Source: Octopus sinensis
Lineage: Eukaryota
Length of the DNA: 27,900 nt
NCBI RefSeq assembly: GCF_006345805.1
Contig: NW_021835607.1
Location: 1 to 27,900 of the forward strand
Direction: 5' to 3'
The position numbers and the translations under genes were made by a program. A model generated the notes under the pieces. The model was not told where the DNA came from, searched no databases, and worked only from the letters and a program-made list of their open reading frames with translations. Below, piece by piece: positions 19,351 to 27,900 of this stretch (position 1 is its first letter; the number at the start of each line of letters is the position of its first letter).

Positions 19351-20361
19351 CTGAATTGAATCAGATATAAAAGTTAATATTTTTTTTTTCATATTTGTTA
19401 TCCAGACATATTCAAACCCTTACAATATTGATTTTACTATTCCAGTTGTGAGGGTTGAAAAAAAAATGACGCACAGAAGTGATTCCAAAATGACAAAGCC
19501 GATAGTTCATAAAATAATCGCGAAAGACGATTATCTACAATACAGACCATAGAAGTTTTTTCGTTTCATTTTCATGGCGTAAAATATAAATATGATACAT
19601 AAAACGAAAATATAGTTTTTCCATTTATTCTATAAACCAAAGTGGCGTTCTTTTTATTCTTTAGGTTTGTTCTTTTTAATTCATTTTATTATTTTAATCT
19701 TTAAAGGTTATTACTTAAATCTGAAATAATGTAAATTTTAATAGTATATACTGATATTTGTTACAAACATTTGTGAGAATGTGTGTTTTTGTACAAGCAT
19801 ATATGAACGTTTATGCATTAAAAATTTGTATACATATATATGAGCATAAATGTGATTTCGCTTTTGTATTTGTATATACACATATAGAACAGTCTACATA
19901 GCACAGATACACACCATATATTGTAACAATAATATATAGAAGCATACCGTATGTATACTAGAGTAGGCATATTCACATTCAGTATAATGCTCGAAATAAA
20001 AGGTTTCGTCTTCGCGCAATAAACAGGAAGTGACGTTAAAAAAATCTGTAGACAAATCGATTTTGCAAACCAAACAGTCGCACTTCGAGATTCTATTTTT
20101 ATATCTTTAAAACCCAGCAGTGACTTCCTATTTAGTATTCTTCGCGAGAAACAAACTAGACACGTTGGGAATATTAAACAAAGGTCACTGTACGGGACAG
20201 CTAAGAACGCGGTTGTTTCTTTTCAAAGGAGAGACACTTGCAAAAACAAGAATGAAAATATTGTGCCCGACTCCTAAGATTTAGAAGAAAATAACAAAAT
20301 GAAGCAAAACTAACCGATCGCTTTATTCTTTACTGTTACTGGCAAACAATGCATAGTGAAT

Positions 20362-20555
20362 AGGTGCAGACATATCTGTGTGGTTAAAGGCATTTCGTAA
20401 CGACGTAATTCCAGGTTCAGTCCCACTACTCTTCTATTACAGCCGTGGGTCTACCAATGCCTTGTGAATATTTGGGTCGATTTGTTCCACTAAACCCTTC
20501 GAGGCGGTGCTCTAGCATGACCGCAGTCCAGTGACTGAAACAAGTCAAAAAATAT
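20362..20555 (+). mobile_element. Old group A SINE with two internal deletions
   Basis: The head (GGTTCAGTCCCACT) and CCAATGCCTTGTGA are joined directly to the tail (GGGTCGATTTGTTCCACTAAAC...GACTGAAACAAG); the central microsatellite is missing. Confidence 0.8.
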
Positions 20556-20612
20556 AATGTTCACACATCATACATCCAATATGGCGGTGCTCTGTTCAGA
20601 GTGAAGAATATT

Positions 20613-20692
<80 letters not shown>
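20613..20692. repeat. (GATA)n microsatellite, about 20 units
   Basis: Direct reading. Confidence 0.97.
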
Positions 20693-20927
20693 AAACAGTG
20701 ATATGGTGAGTAGGAAAGGAGCAACTGTATATAAAGATTCGACGTTGAAGTAAATTAAAAGCCATATTGAATTTCACGGAAAGAATAAATTTGAGATTTT
20801 AAATTCAGTATTGAAATGTCAGGCTGAAAAGGTCATTACCAAATGGGAAGAGAAAGGTTTGAAGGAGGTGGAGGCTGAAAGGGAAGCGGAGGGGAGGAGG
20901 AAGGGGGAGGAGGAGGAGGAGGAGGAG

Positions 20928-21113
20928 AAGAAGAAGAAGAAGAAGAAGAAGAAGAAGAAAAAGAAGAAGAAGAAAAAGAAGAAGAAGAAAAAGAAGAAGA
21001 AGAAGAAGAAGAAGAAGAAGAAGAAGAAGAAGAAGAAGAAGAAGAAGAAGAAGAAGAAGAAGAAGAAGAAGAAGAAGAAGAAGAAGAAGAAGAAGAAGAA
21101 GAAGAAGAAGAAA
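20928..21113. repeat. (AAG)n trinucleotide tract of about 62 units, preceded by (GAG)7
   Basis: Three internal AAA interruptions near the 5' end, otherwise pure. It produces the poly-K, poly-F and poly-L ORFs. Confidence 0.97.
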
Positions 21114-24100
21114 GTGGCGGTGGTGGAGGTGAATAAGAACAACAACGACGACGACGATTTCAACAGTGAAAATAGCAAAACTAAGAAACAAATAGAAATC
21201 GAGGAATTAGAACAGAAAATGGAGAAATCCAAAAGAAAACAGAAATGGAGGATTGGCGGGGAGAGAGTGGTGAAGAGGGAAGATTATATGAAAGAGGGAG
21301 AAAGAGAATAGTGAAAGAAGGCGAGGAAGAGAAGGATAAAGAATAGGAAAGGATAAGAAGAAGGGTTTTGAGAAGAGAGTGTTGAGAAAATACAGAACAA
21401 GGAGATTTTTAAAAAGAAGGAAAAGAAGGAAATTGGAAAGGAATATGTGTTGTGTGTGTTTGTATTTTTATTAGTTTATCGGATGACCCCTGGGCAGCAG
21501 CACCGTCAGAAGTTTAGTGATTGCCGACCACCCCAGCAGAGTTGATTCCAGTCTGGTATCTGTTTTAACCATATCGAATTACTGAACAGCTAATTTGCGA
21601 GTGATAAAGTTACACATGAACACTCCTTCAGTTTTAACCGGAGTAATGTGAGCCACAGGCACAGGGACAGACAGACAGATATATATATATATATATACAT
21701 ATGCATTTACATACATGCATACGCGTGTGTGTGTGTGTGCATGTGTGCACCTGTCGTTCTTCGTTTGCTTCTGTTTAATTTTCGAAACCTATCATCCTAT
21801 GAAACGCCACGCACTTATCTCCCCTTTGTCACCCTAAATGAGAGGATTTTTTTTTGTACAACATCTCTTTCTTTTTCTCTTTCTTCTCTCTTTTCTCTTC
21901 CTCTCTCTTTCACCTCCTTACCCCTCTTTCCTTTTCTCCCCTCTGCCCTCCAGCACAATAGTGCCCTGCAGTATTTATTCCTACTCTTTACATTCTAAGT
22001 TCAACTTTCCTTTCCTACAGGAGAGATAAAATTAAGTGCAAGGGTCAGGTTGCCCAGTCCTTTCCCCATCCAAATTGCCTTCTACTTAAATCAGAAACAC
22101 TTATTAAAAATATGTCAGTTCCTACAAATATGCGTTGCCACTGCGGCAGTTTCACCGTTGTGATATAACATGCAGCTTCTTATCCATAACTAAAATAGCT
22201 TCGAAAATAAAATAGGTCCTTGCATGTATTTTTTCGAAGGAAGCGGGTTGTGCTCATAACGTTTGCAGGCCCCAGATGAGATTGGTGTGGTTGATTCAGG
22301 CATGGGGTTTCTGTAGAGTTATGCAAGTGAAAAAGACGTGAGTGAAGAACAGACTTGAGAAAGTTTCGTTCAGAAAAGAGGGAAGATTGACTGAAATTAT
22401 TAAATGAGAATTTTTTGTTGTGGTGGTGGGGAGGAGGGTATTTTTTAGTGGAAACACTGAATTGGGGGAGATGTGAACAGAGGAAGAAAAAATGTGTTTA
22501 GTCATACATAAATATGTTAAAGGAATCAAAAATGGAACAAGTACTTGTGATGTTTGGAGGAGCATTGTCAGTAAAAGATAACAGAATATCCGATAGAAAT
22601 GGCCAAAGTGAAACTACATTCGATATGTGCTTAAAAAGGGAAAGACAAAATAAGATAAGACCGTATATGGGATGAAGGTGGATATCTAAAAGGGTGTTTA
22701 ATATACGTCATATGAAAATATTCTTGCGATCCACAAACTTAGATAAAATCCCTGAATCTCAAAACCATAGTTCTTTACTAACAGTTATTATTGAAGAATA
22801 CTTAGAAATGACTACGTTGATGTTTAGCAGTTTTAACTTAATGTCTTTTTAATATCTTTTTGCATAGCAGTTTTTTAAAAAGCAATTTACATAATTTGTG
22901 TTATAGGAGATATTAAATTTCAATAACATCTACAATATAATGGAAATGTATATTGGTAACAATGTGTTTATTCAATCTTTATTCCATATCATAGTTAGAA
23001 AGGTATTCTATACGAAATGCAAGAATAAAACCAACGACAATCAGTCTTTTTAGATTTTTTCCTTTTATTTTAGACACAAAAGTTATAATGTCTCTTTAGA
23101 TAGAAAATGTGGAAAGATTTCTACAATTAAAGAACAGAACATTTTTTTTTCGTCACGTTAAATCTTTCGTTTTATGTCAAATCATATTATATTCTGACAT
23201 GTTATATACAAATAATTTTTAAAACGTTAAAATATATACCGAGAAATGTATACTTGAATTACAATTACTTTTATTATTTCGATTAAAAGAACGAATAGAC
23301 CTGAAATCAATACTAAAAGAAGAAAGTTTGAAAATTATATTCTTTGCATTGCTGCATCGATAATAATTTCTGAGATGGTTGAAATTTTATTTTCTTTATA
23401 ACACTGGGATTGACATCAAGCTGTGTAATTTGACAAGCCGTAAGTAAGTAAAAAAAGGTTCGCTTGGGATTCACTGTAATGCAGGGAAAACAACAGTTGA
23501 AATAGAATATTGTACAAAATATTTTTCGTCGAAAATGTATGTATAAATATGTAGACATAAAGACTCCTTCCCAAAATAAAGCAGGAATTCAATGACCAAC
23601 CGACACTTTCGTATAAACAGACGAAAAGCTATCATAGGCACACCTTATACAAACAATAAGAATTTGTGTTAGTTTTGTCCTTTTAAAACTCTAAGTTCAT
23701 AAGCAACGCTCAGAATTTGTCTCTCCGTACAAGCATAGGATCCCTAGAATTTTAGAATACTTTCAAAATTTTATATTTCCAAATAGTTAATAACTTGTTC
23801 AATACATGCGCACACTTTCATCCATTATTTTGATAACCCGTCACATTATTGCATTCTTATTTAATTTTTCCTGCACAGGAATATTTAAAGCCTCCAACAT
23901 ATCGTTCATTATTATATAGCTATAGTATATTAGCACTAACGACCATTGCTTTATTACTGATTTACAATTTGTAACATTTTTTTCAGAGAAACTGTTCAAT
24001 AATAACCATAATAAAACTCCATCTTTTACGCTATTAATGGACCTCGTTAAACCTAGATCCAATTCTTTTTCATCTAGTTATTAATATTATCATTTATTTC

Positions 24101-24463
24101 TGGAAGAAATTTGCTAGTCACAAATTCTTCCTGAACCATTTCTCTACAGTTAAGATTCTTTAAGATTTTTTAACTGGAATTAATTTTTGCACAACTGGTT
24201 TTCAGTGATTTCAAAATTAACTTCTTATACAAGAATTCCAGATTATCCGACGGCTTGCTTTATATGTTTTGTTGTATACCAAACTTAGTGTAAGATTTGT
24301 GCTGTTTCTTTTGGCCTAATTCGAAGTTACTGTCATTAAAAATTTTCTATATGAATCAAGGCATATTTTCTCTCTCTCTCACCACACATATATATATATA
24401 TGTATTATATATATATATATAATATATATATACTATAATATTATATATATATTATATATATAT

Positions 24464-24499
<36 letters not shown>

Positions 24500-24584
24500 A
24501 GAGAGAGAGACAATTATGCGGATGAACAAATTAGACACAGTAAATATATTAAATATAATAGTTTGAGTATGAGATACAAATATG

Positions 24585-24615
<31 letters not shown>

Positions 24616-24909
24616 TGTTTGTGTGTGTGTGTGTATATATATAATATATATATGTATATATATATATATATATGTATAATATATATATATATATATATAT
24701 ATGCGTGTTTGTGTGGCGTGTTGTTTGTATGTGTGTATGTATGTATGTATGTATGTATGTATATAATGATGGGGGCAAAAACGAGAGAAAGAAAAAAGTA
24801 AAGACTTTTTGACTCACCCTCGTATATATATATATGTTATGTATGTATATAAGGTTGTAATGTACACCCCTTGGTGTATATGTATGTCTATTTCTTTATT
24901 TATTTATCA

Positions 24910-24995
24910 CTTTTCAATCATTAGACTGCGGCCAATTGCAGCACCTTTCTCAAGAGATTTAATCGATTCTTCTGCTTGGAACTTATTTTATCCGA
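24910..24995 (-). mobile_element. Decayed group A SINE tail
   Basis: TTTTCAATCATTAGACTGCGGCCA...CAGCACC...AATCGA...ACTTATTTT resembles the reverse complement of the group A tail. Confidence 0.6.
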
Positions 24996-25071
24996 ATTAT
25001 ATTTCTATGTATATTTATGTAAATGTATAATTATATTTCCATTCATTTATTTATTTATTTATTTTTTGCAG

Positions 25072-25178
25072 TTCGCAGTAACAATGACCTACTACGGAAA
25101 AGTTATGAGAAAGACCATTTTGAAGACAACGACAACGATTTAATGAACATCACTTTGGCAAATACAACGGAACCCTAG
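25072..25178 (+). other. Candidate terminal coding exon (plus strand), unverified
   Basis: T-rich tract ending TTTTTTGCAG, then an open frame xRSNNDLLRKSYEKDHFEDNDNDLMNITLANTTEP*. No recognised homology, and the pyrimidine tract is partly an ATTT repeat. Confidence 0.25.
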
Positions 25179-25367
25179 TCCCCTTGTGACATGGGATAAG
25201 TTGAGGAGTTCCATTCCTGATGTACAACCGAACTTTGGACCGTTAGTTTGGGTTTCAATGTAATTACATCATCCTTTGATTTTTTTTTCTTCCTGCGTTT
25301 ATTTACTCGTGGAAACGGTTTACGGTAACAAAAAACGAACACAAAAAATTACTAATAATAATAATAA

Positions 25368-25458
25368 TCATCTTTTCTTTATTATTGTCATGAAGACAAC
25401 GGATAACGAAATATTGAAGAAGCAGGTTACAAAAGGTGCGGGTGGGATTACAGAGAAT
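25368..25458 (-). other. Candidate terminal coding exon (minus strand), unverified
   Basis: Strong acceptor CTTTTTCCCTTCATTTTCTTTCAG. The phase-2 frame gives FSVIPPAPFVTCFFNISLSVVFMTIIKKR*, and AATAAA lies about 65 nt downstream (25298-25303). Confidence 0.3.
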
Positions 25459-25962
25459 CTGAAAGAAAATGAAGGGAAAAAGTGTCAATATACACATAGA
25501 TGAGGAAGTCCCAGAAGAAAGAACGCTACCCAGGGACCAATTAAGGCTCAGCACAGATCCACGATTACTCAATAATAATCACTATTCAACACAATAACAG
25601 AATACATGACACATATTCTACACGACAAACTAAAACACTAAAACACAAAAAAAACCACCCGAAACGACAAAGCAATCAGATAAAGTACACAAACATATTT
25701 ATACACGTTTTTCGTAGAATGCATCACACACATCTCCATAACAATCTCGCAGGTAGCGGGAAACTGTTGGAAATATGGACGTCAAAATTACAGTGATAGG
25801 AATAATGAAATGTTTCTTTCTCGGTAACAGGTCTAAAGAAGATTATGTGATTGGTTTTATTATGAGATTTAGTTCATTGTTTTTTATTGATTCTAATGAC
25901 GATCCTAACATATTTCACCTTTGTCTTCAAATTTGAAGGGTCATCTCATTCTAACTGATAAC

Positions 25963-26031
<69 letters not shown>
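25963..26031. repeat. (AAT)n microsatellite
   Basis: Direct reading. Confidence 0.96.
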
Positions 26032-26575
26032 TTCTATTATTTTACCATTTTAATTGTAATTTCTCTTATTTAATAATAATGACAATTGTAATAGAAAATA
26101 ATAATGATAATCGAGAAGAAAGGAAATATATACATATATATATATTACAAATAACTTTTTTTCAAGTTTATGATCAAAAGTGAAGAAAAAGCTCAATTTT
26201 TTTTTGTTTGATAATCATAACTATGGTTCTTCTTCTGGTCTTGATTCGCTTTCTATTTTGAATCGAGTTCCGGTTCCCAGTTTCCTTACATCTCTACTTT
26301 AATTTCGGTCACTTTTCCCAGTATTGGACAAAACACATCTGCATAACATATTCAGGTAACATAATGTCTACATTCATTCATGCATACATATGCATACCCA
26401 CAAGCTTACATGTATACATACGCATATACATGCGCACGACGCACAACACACACACACACACACACGTATATATATATATATTTACATATATATACACTAT
26501 ATATATATGCATATATTATATATAGTATAAATATATGTTAATATATTCACATATATAAAAGTGTATACATATATA

Positions 26576-26627
<52 letters not shown>

Positions 26628-27171
26628 TGTGCGTGTGTATGTATGTATGTATTGTGTATATATATATATATAGCGCAAATATATACACACACCTCTAAAT
26701 TCATATCAAGACATATCAATATACATAAATTTATATCGATACCAAATTTCTGCTGATTCAGTCGTTAAGCACAACAGGTACAATATACAAAATTTCACTG
26801 AAAGAGTTTTGCGAATCAAATACACCGAATATGTTCTTGTTTAAATATTAATGCTGCGATCTTGTCACTATATACAACTGAGTCGTTCCGTCATTGAGAA
26901 AGTTAAGCAGCATTCAGATAAAATAATTATATGTACTCGTGATGAAAGTTACCTTTTTGTTTTTCGCTTTTTGTCTATTCTTTTTGCATTTTTTTGTTGG
27001 GCTTTTTCGTCGAGAACTTAAATAATTCCTTCCCGGTTCCTATGCAAAAAGATTTTTTTATCAAATAATGCAATATAAATACAATACCGTTGCAACATTG
27101 TTATTGCAAATGTTATAATAATAATAGCTGACACTGTAATGCATCTCCAGCGTTAGAAGCTGTGCAAAGGC

Positions 27172-27228
<57 letters not shown>
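27172..27228. repeat. (AAT)n microsatellite
   Basis: Direct reading. Confidence 0.96.
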
Positions 27229-27900
27229 TAATAATCTTTTATTTTGCCACTGGAACCCATGATTCCTACATACAACTGTGCTAGAAAAGGATAACAATGA
27301 CATGTGGCGTGGTTGCATGATTTTTGTGAAAACAAGAGATGCGACAAGGACGTTATCACTGTTTGGGATTTTTTATATATTTAAGCAAATAAGTAAATTA
27401 ATATATAATAAAATATATAAATACACTGTTACAAATATAATGACATAAATAGAACACAAAGCAAATAAGAGCAACTCACCCATATACGTGTGAGAATCCG
27501 ATTGCTGGATTTGACAAAGACACTTCACAAACTTGAGAACCATTTCGGTACATTCGCATACACGGACACAAAGTGGTCAATCTCTAAGGTGCTCGCATGT
27601 AATTTTGGTGTCGGAACGAGTATAACTGTTCATAAACACTTCAGTTGGTTCTTATTAGCAATCTATTGCTGTCATTTTTCACATTTCCACTTAAATCTGC
27701 CTATCTCCTTCAGTTCTGAAATTCGTTGAAAACGTCCATCAATTCCCCGTTCGAAGGGCTGCGAACTCCGTACAGTTCCAGGCCGTGACAGGAAACTTAC
27801 AAGTCTACTTGGTTTCGTTATTTTGGAGTGGAGTCCTTTCTCTTTAACGTTTGCAGTCTCTGTCATTTTTCAAATTCTGTCCATCACCAATCTGTCCTCC

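Noticed and set aside
20805-21311. Poly-K, poly-F and poly-L ORFs (166, 137 and 128 aa)
   Set aside because: All arise from the (AAG)n tract, which lacks stops in these frames; there is no domain, splice or codon evidence.
22021-22170. Strong acceptor TTTCCTTTCCTACAG|G as an exon start
   Set aside because: The pyrimidine tract is part of a long low-complexity block; there is no good donor and no recognisable peptide.
3278-26719. The many YIYI, CVCV, HTHT and LSIY-rich ORFs in the track
   Set aside because: They are translations of TA, TG/CA and GATA microsatellites, often fused to SINE sequence.

Overview
AT-rich eukaryotic non-coding DNA, dense in (TA)n/(CA)n/(GATA)n microsatellites and decayed transposons. 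The SINE families resemble, from recall rather than a database search, those of Octopus, so this is probably an octopod intron or intergenic region. No complete host gene can be supported. Most ORFs in the supplied track are microsatellite artefacts. The real protein homology is transposon-derived: a TIR-bounded Tc1/mariner of the DD41D-like type (7271-8586), two further mariner fragments, a 5'-truncated RTE LINE and a CR1-like endonuclease fragment. There are about 15 copies or remnants of two tRNA-derived SINE groups and two Helitron-like ends. Best hunt results: (1) a hammerhead ribozyme with an intact catalytic core on the minus strand at 1444-1531; (2) a second minimal hammerhead with a swapped G3:C8 core pair at 14086-14135, inserted inside a SINE; (3) a tail-to-tail inverted SINE pair whose inner halves are about 99% identical but outer halves only about 91%; (4) a GC-rich 70-bp double-hairpin tandem repeat next to a G-quadruplex motif; (5) weak convergent candidate terminal exons near 25.1-25.5 kb, one possibly ending a small membrane peptide.
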